The notes under the pieces: generated by a model
What the model was told of the DNA's origin: nothing
The model's input: the letters and a program-made list of their open reading frames with translations, nothing else
The model's database searches: none
DNA from: Vicugna vicugna
Lineage: Eukaryota
Assembly: GCA_013265495.1 (NCBI GenBank)
Contig: MU058781.1
Location: forward strand, 11,575,009-11,639,008
Reading direction: 5' to 3'
Length of the DNA stretch: 64,000 nucleotides
Shown: piece after piece, positions 26,015-37,047 of the stretch
Numbering within the stretch: position 1 is the first letter of the stretch
Layout: the number at the start of each line of letters is the position of its first letter
Position numbers and translations under genes: made by a program

Positions 26015-26492
26015 ATATTGTGTCCCAGGACCCCACACAGTCTCTGGCTTGCAGGTTGTCCCTTGTGGCCCCTTTCTGTCCATTCTCCACCTTTCTCCTG
26101 CTCTCTGCCCTGGGGGCTCCCACCCCAAATGTCCAGTAGGGTTTGGCCAGTGGGGAGCCCTAACAGGAGATCAGATAAAGGGGAAGGAGTGGGTGAGGAT
26201 ATTAATTCCCCAGCTCTGCCCTCAGGTCCCTTTGGGCTGGCTGTACCCCTTCACGGAAGATGAGCTCTCCCCTCCAAGCAGCCCCCTCTACACAGCTCTC
26301 TCTCCTTACAGGTTCTAGCCACCTCTTCCTCTCCCATCCTTTGGTCCTAGGAGTGGTGTTGGCCCCAATTGCCCTCTGGTTCCCCCAAACTCCACCCACA
26401 CCTTTGTAAGTCATATCTTTGTAAAGAAACCTTCTTGGAATTATTCTAACTTGAGGGAGCCATCAATTTCCTGACACTGCCCTGTTGATACA
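26015..26492 (+). mobile_element. ERVL-type solo LTR (LTR16/LTR33/LTR41-like)
   Basis: 3' end TTGAGGGAGCCATCAATTTCCTGAC..CCCTGTTGATACA typical of old ERVL LTRs. Confidence 0.6.
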
Positions 26493-27379
26493 CATTAATA
26501 ATAGCCTATGGATTATTGAAAAATTTTACAAATCTGTTTTTATCCAGTCATTCATTTTTTAAAAATATTTCTTCTTTAGGTGACTCTTTTATTTTCATTT
26601 CTCTTTCAACCTTAGGGAAGATCAGTTGTTGCACACAATCCTGTTCAATTCCTTTTCTCCTAACTGTCCCCCAGCTATGCAAAAATCTCTCCAAAGGTTG
26701 GTCCCTCCCTAACTCATGAAATTGATTGAGACTGTTAACTTCAGGAGGTGGTTTTAGAAGAAATTACGGGCCCAGGAGCTACTCTACTTAAAACTTTGTC
26801 GCTGATTGTTAACCTTCACTATCTCTATGGACATTATTCTGGAGTTCAATTCACATCGGAAACGGGTCTCAGGTCAAACGGCTGTCACTACCATTCAAGC
26901 AAAGCTAGAGAGAGCTAGAGGGAGTATCAGGGCAGCTAAGAACACAAGGGAAAAACTCTGAAGCCACGACTGGGGCTCCTCCTGGCTCTTTGCTCTTCTC
27001 TGCAGCGGTTCTCATATTCCTGTGCCTGGGCTGTGAGTCCAGCTGCATGTTTAAAGGGCCGGTGCCTCCTCAGGGAGGCCTGGAAACCATTAGCTATCCC
27101 TGCAGCCTGCGGAGTCTAGTGCCTCTTTCCTTCCTTAATCACCCTTTCACAGCCTACACCTCCCCCTACTAACATACATTTTATGCAAAATCGGGATACC
27201 GGATACAAGCTCCATCCCTTTGCCCCCGCCCTGCCCTGTTTCACTTTGTGGAGGTGAATGCAGAAATCTGATTCCTGCAGCCCAGCTTGCTCAACCCACA
27301 AAGCCTCCTTTGGTAGCAGGAACCAGACCTGGCCCCATTTCCCCTCTTTCCTTCTCTGCTCACACACAATTCCCGTCCC

Positions 27380-28010
27380 TGGCGGCTTCCGACAGGAGCC
27401 GTGACAACGGGACAGAGCGTTGTCACCCTCCATAATTAGCCCGGCAGGCAAGGCTGCTGTAATATCACAGCGCTGACAGATCTCGCACCTATTAAATTAT
27501 TCACGCCACCGGAGTGTGTAATCGGCTGTCACGTTCAAAATAGGTCACTCACGCTAAGGCTGCTGGAGGTGAAAATTTCCCAGCAATGGCAACAAATCCA
27601 ACCGCTTCGGTTTAAGCAAATCTCCAAAGTCAGAGGCAGCTCCAAGCAATCCCCTATTAAATATCTTCCATTGAGTCGCAGTTATGTTTTCATTAGCGGC
27701 GGCCCGAAGAGGCTGGAACAGCTGTCTGCCGGCAGGCACGAGAGCTGGGGGGTGGAAGGCTTTATTTCAGCTTCTTCTTTCACTGACCCGTCCTCCGCGG
27801 CCTCGAGGGGCTACTTGAAGAAGATAAATCGGAACACCTGCTTTCGCCTGCTCTTTAACCCAAGACAGCAGCCAAGTCAAATGAGGATGTAAGCACTGGG
27901 CACTGGCAGGTTTTAGAAGAACAAATGCACACAGGCCTCTCTGAGAAGTGCCTCTCAGCCCCGGGTGCCGCGTTCAAAGAGGAATTCAAGTTCAACAGCT
28001 GTGGGGCGAG
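27380..28010. promoter_or_regulatory. Putative conserved non-coding element / intronic enhancer (possibly MER121-like ancient repeat)
   Basis: CpG-retaining sequence not resembling the usual repeats. Motifs: TAATTA, TGACAG/CTGTCA, AAAATAGGTCA, CAGCTG E-boxes and a 9-bp inverted repeat. Family call is tentative. Confidence 0.5.
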
Positions 28011-28899
28011 TGCCCCTGCGTTGCAGATCCCAATTCACAGCCATTTGGGGCTCTTCAGAGCTCAGAATACACTTGCCCTCTTGTCGGCAAAGATATACTA
28101 TTCAACTCAAGTGCTTGGTGGAATACAAATATTTGACTGGGCTATTGCAGTGTTTGGAGAATGACTGGTGTGTTAATACGTTCTTTTAATGGTTTTTGAG
28201 GATATGAAAGGTGATCTTACAGAAGGAAGAACAATTTTTCCCATATTAGAATACAGAGAAGGGATTGAAGACAGAGCTTCTGAGATTTGAGTTAAAATGA
28301 CAGCAAATGTGCTGATGGCTTGCTCTTGACTGTTTAATGGATGTGTGACTGGGGGAGGCTGATAAATCTTGGGGAAGGGGGAAAAGAGAGGGAGTGGTAT
28401 TCAGCAATGGGAGTATCTCCTCACCTACCTTCTATTAGGAGGATAAGACCCAAAACCTCTAAAGAGGTCTTTTTCAGCTGAGATGTTATGGATGTACAGC
28501 CTTGGAGTGTAATGTCAAGAAATGCAAGCGTTTTAATTTGATGAACACAGCACCACATGCAGGGAGGCCACATGAAGATGGAGAGTTTATGGATGCATTG
28601 CCATGATGATTCTATTTTTCGTAACAGTGCTCCCAAAGATGTTAAGCGTTCTCCTTCAAATATTCACGATCAAGGAGCCTGCCCAGATGTTCCAGCCCCT
28701 CCCCTCTGATCTTTCCTTCAAACTCCCTTAAGTATTTATGATCTGGTTTGCATCACATTCTCAAACTCCAGGTTTTAGGGAACAGCCCATATGGGTTATA
28801 TAGCCCAATTCCCCTAAGCTGGAGATAAATATATGAGTAATTCTCACTTATGTATATGCTGCTTTATCATCAACATTTCAACGGAGAGTTCCTAGTGCC

Positions 28900-29892
28900 C
28901 ACGTTTCTGGGTACTTGGAGTGGGACTTCATGAAGTCATCCACCGTTTATACCTACATTGTCAACTAAACTGTCCTAAACTGGTCTCCTGCTTGTCCATA
29001 ATGGCAATACACCACCCATCCCAAGCCTACTTATCCAGTAGCCTTCCTCATGCCAGTAAAGAGCAGCAGCATGCTTCCAGATGCTTGGGTCAAAGTCTTG
29101 GAGTCATGCTTAGTGACTGTTCCCCCCTGAAAAGTATCAGGCCTGGTCAGTTCCCCACCAATTCTCTTCTGGAATATCGCCATTCTCCCCTAACTTTTTT
29201 TTTGCCTTGCTTTTGCCCTTTATGCCCACATTGGGTCTTTTGTTTGTTTCTTTGTTTATGTATCCTTAATGGAGGTACTGGGGATTGAACCCAGGACCTC
29301 GTTAAGCACAAGCTTCTTGAGCTGTGCTCTCCCCCTCATTGTTTTTTTCAAGACAACAGAATGATCCTTTTGAAAGGCAAATCAGATTATGTCACTTTGC
29401 TGAACACTCCCTGATGGCTCCCCATCTCCCACAGAGCAAAACCTCAAATCCTTACAATGGCCCGTAAAGCTTTGTAAGAGCTGGACACCCCACTGACCCC
29501 CAGAAACCTCCTGGATCCCATCTTCAACTGCTCTGGCTTTGCTCACTTTGGGCTGCAGTCACACTGGCCTCCTGACTCTTCCCAGAACATTCTCCTCCTG
29601 GTATCCATGACAGACCTGTAGTCCCTTTGAGTCTCCAAGCATTTGTCAGTAAAGCCTTCTTTGACCACCATGCTCTCTTCTTCTCACCCACCCTTACGTT
29701 TTCTCCATAACATTTCTCGCCATCTGACATCTCAGATTTTCACTTCTTTGTCTACTGTCTGGCTCCTTCCACTACAACATAACTTCACAAGGGTTGAGGC
29801 TGTGCTGTATTCACTGCTGATCCTGAGAGCTGAGGAGAACTGAATCTAGCACACAGTAGATCTTCAACAGATAGTCTTTAAATGAATGAAAA
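28900..29892 (+). mobile_element. L2 remnant
   Basis: AAATCAGATTATGTCACT..; GCACACAGTAG..AAATGAATGAA end. Confidence 0.65.
29238..29336 (-). mobile_element. vic-1-type SINE (degenerate), inside L2
   Basis: TAATGGAGGTACTGGGGATTGAACCCAGGACCTC...GAGCTGTGCTCTCCCC, the reverse complement of the 568 element. Confidence 0.8.
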
Positions 29893-30289
29893 AATACATC
29901 TCACATCCCCATATAGTTCATGAGCTCCTGAGGGGGCTGCATCTGTTAATTACGCTACTCCTGTCTAGAGGAGCCTCAGTAAGTGCTAGTCTCAAAATTT
30001 TTATGGAGAGATTCTAAAACTGACTCCCAGCTAGGCAGACATCGGTAGGAAGAATTCCCATACCCAACTCTTACACATTCTGTTACGAAGAACACAGTCT
30101 TTCTATGATTGCATCAGATATGCTTGGCCAAGGTCAGAATCAGTTTCTGGAAACATTTCTATCTCACATGGAAGTTCAGTTCCCTGCTGTTACATTTACA
30201 TGACTCAAAGAAAAGTTTTGCAGACTTTCAGGAACTGCCTGGTTCTTTCTTATTTTTGGCTGTACCCATCCTCACTCTTTTTCTTTTTT

Positions 30290-31272
30290 TTAATGTGGAA
30301 ATATATATGTTATGTATGTATGTGTAACTATAATACATATAATGTAAGATTTACCATCTTAATCATTTTTTCTTTTCCATTTTAATTTATTACAAGATAT
30401 TGAATATAGTTCCCTGTGCTGTACAGTAGGACCTTGTCATTGATCTATTTTATACACAGTAGTTTGTATCTGCAAATCCCAAACTTCTAACTTATCTCTC
30501 TCGTCCATCTTAATTATTTTTGTTTGTTTGTTGTTTTCTTAGGGGGTGCAATGAGGTTGGTTGGTTTAATTAATTAATTAATTATTTTAATGGAGGTACT
30601 AGGGATGGAACCCAGGACCTCTTGCCTGCTAAGCATGTGCTCTACCACTGAGCTACACCCTCCCCCCAGCCCTTCGTAAGTGTACAGTTTAGTGGTGTTA
30701 AGTACATTCACATGGTTGTGCAATCAAGTCCCAGAACTCTTCATCTTGTAAAACTGAAAACTGAAGCTATATCCATTAAACAACAGCCCCTCCCATTTCT
30801 CCCTCTGCCCAACCCCTGGCCATCAGCATACCATTTTCTATCTCTATGAATTTGACTACTCTAGCCTCATATACGTGGACTCATACAGTATTCGTCTTTT
30901 TGTGACCGGCTATTTCACCTAGCTTAATGTCCTCAAGGTTGATCCACGTTGTAGCATGAGTCAGAATTTACTTCCTTTTTAAGGCTGAATAATTCAATAT
31001 TCCACTGCATGTACAGACCATATTTTGTTTATCCATTTATCCACTGATGGCACTTGTATTATTTCTACACTTCGAGTATTATGAATAATGCTACTGTGAA
31101 CGTGAATGTACAAATATCTCTTCAAGACCTTGCTTTCAGTTCTTTTGGGTATATGCCCAGAATTGGAATTGCTAGATCATACGTTAATTCTACTTCTAAT
31201 TTTTTGAGGAACCGCAAACAATTTTCCACAGTGGCTGCACCATTTTATATTCTCACTGACAGTGTACAATGG
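30290..31272 (-). mobile_element. Old L1M 3' region hosting nested L1 stub (30371-30504) and SINE
   Basis: AAGTGTACAG..TAGTGGTGTTAAGTACATTCACA and TTTTTGAGGAACCGC..TTCCACAGTGGCTGCACC L1 motifs; 17-bp TSD around the stub. Confidence 0.8.
30522..30667 (-). mobile_element. vic-1-type SINE inserted in old L1
   Basis: TAATGGAGGTACTAGGGATGGAACCCAGGACC...CTACCACTGAGCTACACCCTCCCC with T-rich tail. Confidence 0.9.
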
Positions 31273-32242
31273 CTCCCGAACTCTTTTTAATAGAAAGATA
31301 TTTTTCCCTTCCAGCAAGTTAGAACTGCTCAGAGATGCCTAACCGCCCTAAACATTCCAGCTCCTTCCAATGCTTAGCAACCAGGAGCCGCGCGGCCCCC
31401 ACCGAATGTGCAAGGGTGCGTGTGGCCAGCACTTTTCGCTGTCTCCTTCGTGCCTATTTTGAAAAGGCTTCCTTGTCTTCGAATTAACATGCAGGCCGGG
31501 TGGACACCCGCTGGTCTGCCTTACAGACAGAGAGCCATGGGCGAGAGCCAGCACTGTTTGGGGAATCATCAAAGCTTTGCAAATCCCGTGTAATCTCCAA
31601 AGTAAAGGTGATATATTTCCAATTTGTAGTTTCTTTGGCAGATGCCTGCGAGGCCTGGCACCATCACTCCTTGGTGAATTGGGAGACTTGGAGTGGTGTG
31701 TGTGTGTGTGGAAAAGCCAAGAAGACAGCTTCGAGTCATGCTTGTGCATCAATTGTTTCTTACAAGGGGGTCTAAGGGCCTCAGATCTCAGAGACAAAGA
31801 ACCCAAAGAATCAAATGAGGAGAGTGCCTTGCAGTGATACTGAGGTGTAAGTGGAAGGACCATGGAGACTTCCTGTGTGCTACCTTCTTTCCCCTAATTC
31901 ACTGATGGGCTGGGAGAACAGGGTCTTGGTCCTCCTGCGTGTCTCCCCTGCATAATGCTGCCTTCTCTGCCCTCCCCAACTCAGCACATTCTGTCTTAGT
32001 TTTGCTAATTTTTCATCATCCTACCAGTTTGTATTTCAGAGCACTGTAGTATGGGAACATGTATTCTCTTCAAAGAATATTTAAGTAACAATCAGACAGG
32101 ATAAAACCCCTCTTAAAAGGAGATTTAAAAATGATAAGACCTTCCCAGCAGACATGCAAAGAGGACAAGTTAGTGGGAGAGATAGTTAAGAAACTCTCAA
32201 TGACCTTAAGAGACAAAATGACTGGAACTTGATGACCTAAAC

Positions 32243-32641
32243 CAGGGGTCAGCAGGCTTTTTCTGTAAAGAGCCAGATAGTAACTATTTTAGGCTTTGGG
32301 GGCCACAAGTTTAAAACTGAGGAAATTATGTACTTACATATAACAAGAGAGAAAACAAAATTTCACATTTTTTAATGGACAAAATTCAAAATATAATAAT
32401 AATTGAGCACTTTTTCTTTTTCTTTTTTTCTTTTCTTTTGTAATACTAGTCTACTGAGGAGAGGAATGGAATTCTTTTTCTTTGGGATAACATCTTGCTT
32501 AATTGGAGTTCAAGGTCAATATTCCCTATCATCAAATCGATGGCAAATGTTCACCTGTAAAAACCATTCTTATCTTGCAGGCTGTACAAAAACAGGCAGT
32601 GGGCTGGGTTTGGCCTGCAGACCATGGTTTGCCAGCTTCTG
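32243..32641. mobile_element. hAT-Charlie MER58-type DNA transposon
   Basis: CAGGGGTCAGCA..TTTTCTGTAAAGAGCCAGATAGT start and TTTGGCCTGCAG..TTTGCCAGCTTCTG end (degenerate TIRs). Confidence 0.8.
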
Positions 32642-33263
32642 TGCAGGCCAAGAGGTGAGTAGTGAGCTACTGACCTGTGAGGTGCACTTCTCTGCACTGC
32701 CTGGTAGGTTATAAAGGCACAAACTTCCATCTTTTGGGCGTATCATTCATGTTAGGAAGACACGCAGGGCTTTTTTCTGTCCTCTGCACTGTAGTCCATG
32801 CTGTAAGCGACAAGCTGTGTTGTCTTTTCTCATACAGAAGATGATACTTCTGACCCACCAGCAGTTGTCTTTCCAGGAGTGAGGAGGGTCGGGGTTGATC
32901 TCTTCCTCATCTACCCTGCTACAGCTGGTACCAGTTCCCACCTAACCGACCAGTTATGTGTCCTGGTCCTAACTTTTACTGAGTGGTGATCAATAAATAC
33001 TGTATGATTAATTCACAGCGGGTAGATCCTACTAACTCCTTCTTTGTCCTATGTAGTGTTATTATTAAGCAACTGAACTCATGTTTGTCCTCCTATAAAC
33101 GTGTACACCTGAATATATTTACACACAAATAGATACAAACTGATGACCAAAATTTCCTCCAGGCTTTACCATTGAAAATATTTAAAAAGAAATGGAAATA
33201 AAAACGAAGCAAAAATCACTAAAGGGGACGTTGTAGAGGCTTTGTTTAAAATCTTAATGACTG

Positions 33264-33503
33264 TCCGACTCACAGACATAATAAAGAAACTTATAGTTAT
33301 GGGGGGAAAAGGGGTGGGAGGGGATAAATTGGGGGTTTGAGATTTGCAAAGGTTAACCACTATATATAAAAATAGATGAAAAAAAAATTCTGTATAGCAC
33401 AGGGAACTATATTCAATATCTTGTAATAACCTTTAATGAAAAAGAATATGAAAACGAAAAAACAAAAACAAAAACAAATAAAGCAAGTATAAAATAACTT
33501 CAA
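33264..33503 (+). mobile_element. Short L1 3'UTR insertion with TSD
   Basis: Perfect 16-bp TSD AAAATCTTAATGACTG at 33248-33263 and 33504-33519; internal L1 3'UTR motifs. Confidence 0.9.
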
Positions 33504-34254
33504 AAAATCTTAATGACTGCCCTAAAATGCTGTTAACATATATATAATTCAAACTTCAGTGAGTGTTATCTTTAAATTAGAAATGGTTTAACAAATATTG
33601 AAAGCCCGGCCTTTCTCAGATTACTTTTTAAAAAGTCTGGAAAGCAGCGATGGGGAGGCAGTAATTGTGGTATGTTTACTGCAAGTAAATATTTACCCAG
33701 GAAGAAGGCCTGAGTATTGTTAAAGATACGATTCTTCACCTCCAGCGTTCCTGACCAAGGCAAGGGGACTCTCGCCACAAGAAAACTGCCAAAGCTTTTT
33801 AGCATTCAAAGAATTTTCAGAGGGAGACCAGATTGATTAAAGAAAAGAAAAAAAAAAAATAGGAGGGGTAGGAAATCACGTACTTATTCTGTGCCAAGCA
33901 AAGGGGTTATTCTGAGGCCTGCCTTGGTCACGTGGTGGAGATTAGGTAGCAGGCAGGCTTGTTAATTCATGAGCCAGACGCACCTCTCTATTCCCAGGAA
34001 AGCATCCGAAGTGAGCAGTCTCAATAGCTCTGCTCTCAGCAGCTTGTGTCTTCGTTAAGCACAGGCCAAAAGTAGAAGAGGGGAACTGTATATAGATTCG
34101 GGAGGCTGGGACAGCTGAGAAAATCACAATTAAAAAATAACTGACATTTATATAGTAAGCCCTTAATGGTTTTCCATTATCTCATACATTATCTCCTTTA
34201 ACTTCACAGCAATTCTGGGGGGAGGTGTCGGCCACCACCATATTATCTTTATTA

Positions 34255-34373
34255 CATCACCATCACCACTACCATCATCATCTTCAGCACATCACCATCG
34301 CCACTGCTACAGCCTCCGCCACCTCCACCTCCACCACCACCACCCCATCATCATCATCATCACCATAGTTATC
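34255..34373. repeat. (CAC/CAT)n low-complexity tract inside a MIR
   Basis: Imperfect CAC/CAT/CTCCAC repeats. Confidence 0.85.
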
Positions 34374-36225
34374 ATGGGGAAGAAGGAAAGTGAAACTTCC
34401 AAAGAGTTAGGTAACTTGCTTAAAATCAAACCACTAGTAAACTGAATTAGGTCTTTTGAATTCAAATATTTCACTCTTTCTGCTATGCTACCTTCCCCCA
34501 GTTTGGAAGTCCAAATGGTAAAAATCAAAGATTTACAAACATGGGTGGTTCTAGAATTTTTGTATGCACAGTACTTAGTACAGCAATATGGCCAGAAAAT
34601 GGAAGCTCTTTGCAGAGCAAGCATACGACTTTTCACTCAGATTGTAGAGTACAGATCATTCAAAATAGCAACATTTTCTGAAAAAGCTTTCTATCATGCT
34701 TTATGTGAAGACTTTAAATTCTTATTTATTTTTCAGTCTTTAGAGATGCTATGGAGATTAATAGGTGGCTGAGGCATGTTCCACCTTCAAGACATCCATG
34801 GTACCCTCAGCATATAAACCAGAAGTTGAAGGAGAAGAGTTTGTTTTTCCTAATATTTCAGTCATGTGATTTATCTGGAAGCAGTTAAAAGTGCCTTCCA
34901 TAAGTCATATATTTGATTCTTCAAATGCCATTCCATCATTTCATTGTGCTGTTATAAATAGAAAGAAAAATGCCACCATAGGACATGTTTTCATATTTAT
35001 TCCCTCTCAGAGTCTCCTAAATGCCAAGTTACAGAGAGAAAACAAGTTATCTTCAACTGCTCAGCCAGCTGACTCACTTTGTGATCTGAAAGTCAAGTTA
35101 TTTTCTTCCTGTTTTTTGACTCATTACTTCTTACACTGAATAGACAGGTTAGAATGACATAAGGGAAGAGAAGGGACCAGCCAGTGTTCCCCTGTTGCTG
35201 TTTGAGTTGTGTAGTATAAATATTTAAACTTTTAACTTCCAATGATCCAAAGACTAAGAAAGAAAGATTTGCAGTGAAAAGTTGGCGCCCTAACCTCGTC
35301 ACTTTCCATAAGGCAGCAACTTGTTCTTTCTTCTCTTTATTTAGAAATAATGATTTCCTAGGGTTAAGCCTCCTAATACAGCAGATGATGAAATACCGTC
35401 GAGATCTTTTCTCTGTTTACTAGGTTATCTATTAACGACAATCTTTACAAAACTTGACACAGTGTTTTCTCTCTCCATCAGTTGGGAAAATAGACACCTC
35501 ACTCTGCCAAAAGTTCACATTTCCCTCACTTTTACATTTTAATGTCTAAAATTTTTACTGTGTATCCACCATTGATCTTTAAGTCTCTTCTGCCTGAAGC
35601 ATCTGTTAAGCAAGTTGAGGAACGAAAAAGTGTAAGATATGGAAAGTCCACACGTGAAAGAATGCTGATAACATAAATTACCATTAATTTGCCTTCTGGA
35701 GTGAAACTGGCCATTATACCTGCCTTTTGATTGTTATCCCAGCGTATGTCAAAAATCTTACTGTTAAAAATATCTAAAAATGATCGAGTAAATTGTTCTT
35801 TTTTTCTTGAAGGGGAATTCTTGGTGAGTGATAACATACGCTCTGTCTACACGGCACAAAGTGAAGTGGGTTTTCAGCTTAAATGACTTGGTTTGTCTGT
35901 CAACAAGGATTGGACACTTTGGATTCCTGACAAATCCCTGCTTCACTCTGGAGTATACACATGCTATGGAATCATCACCCCCTCTGTCAGCCAGACAGAT
36001 CCAAATTTCAGGCTCCCCAGAAACCAGCCCCCAGTCCAGCCTGAACATATTGTCAAGGAATGTTCAGTGTCCCACCAGCACCTGCACTGTTGTTTCATTT
36101 TCTTCTCTCCATTTTTACCTGCTAGGACTAGTCACTATTTTTTTTCCCTTCCTCTCCAACTCTTCTGTGCCCTTCTGGTATTTGATATAGTTATTTCAGT
36201 TTGACTCAACAAATACCTTTTCCTT

Positions 36226-37047
36226 GCAAACCAAAACTGCAATGAGGTATCACCTCACATTGGTCAGAATGGCCATCATGAAAAATTTCACTAACAATAA
36301 ATGCTAGAGAGAGTGTGGAGAAACTGGAATCCTCCTGCGCTGTTGGTGGGAAAGTAATTTGGTGAAGCCACTATGGAAAACAGTATGGAGGTTCCTCAAA
36401 AAACTAAAAATAGAGTTACCATATGATCCAGCAATCTCACTCCTAGGCATATATCTGGAGAAAAGTCTAGTTCAAAATATACATGCACCCCAACGTTCAG
36501 AGCAGCACTATTTACAATAGCCAAGACATGGAAGCAACCTAAATGTCCATTGACAGATGGAATGGATAAAGACGATGTGGTATATATGTATACACACACA
36601 CAATGGAATACTACTCAGCCATAAAAAAGAGTGAAATAATGCCATTTGCAGCAATATGGATGGTCCTAGAGATTATCATAGTAAGTGAAGTAAGAGAAAG
36701 ACAAATATCATATGATATCACTTATATGTGGAATCTAAAAAAAATGACACAAATGAACTTATTTACAAAACAGAAAGAGACTCACAGACACAGAAAACAA
36801 ACTTATGGTTACCAAAGGAGGGCAGGAAGGGATAAATTAGGAGTTTGGGGTTAGCAGATAGAAACTACTATGTACAGAATAGATAAATAACAAGGTTCTA
36901 CTGTATAGTACAGGGAACTATATTCAATAACTTATAATAACCTATAAAGAGAAAGAATATGAAAAATAATACATATACAACCGAATCATTATACTGTACA
37001 CCAAAACTAACACAACATTGTAAATCAACTATACTTCAATTAAAAAA
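36226..37047 (+). mobile_element. 5'-truncated L1 (ORF2 C-terminus + 3'UTR)
   Basis: Starts in the ORF2 'KTTMRYHLT..RMAI'-like region; ORF track 36603.. MEYYSAIKKSEIMPFAA matches L1 ORF2 end; TSD-like AAATA(A)CCTTTTCCTT on both sides. Confidence 0.92.

Noticed and set aside
31348..31863. 171-aa minus-strand ORF over a CpG-rich patch
   Set aside because: No recognisable homology or convincing splice sites, and it includes a (GT)n run. The patch may be regulatory but I cannot support more.
36226..36854. L1 ORF2-like peptides as genes
   Set aside because: 5'-truncated, frameshifted retrotransposon remnants; the same applies at 43.7-45.1 kb.
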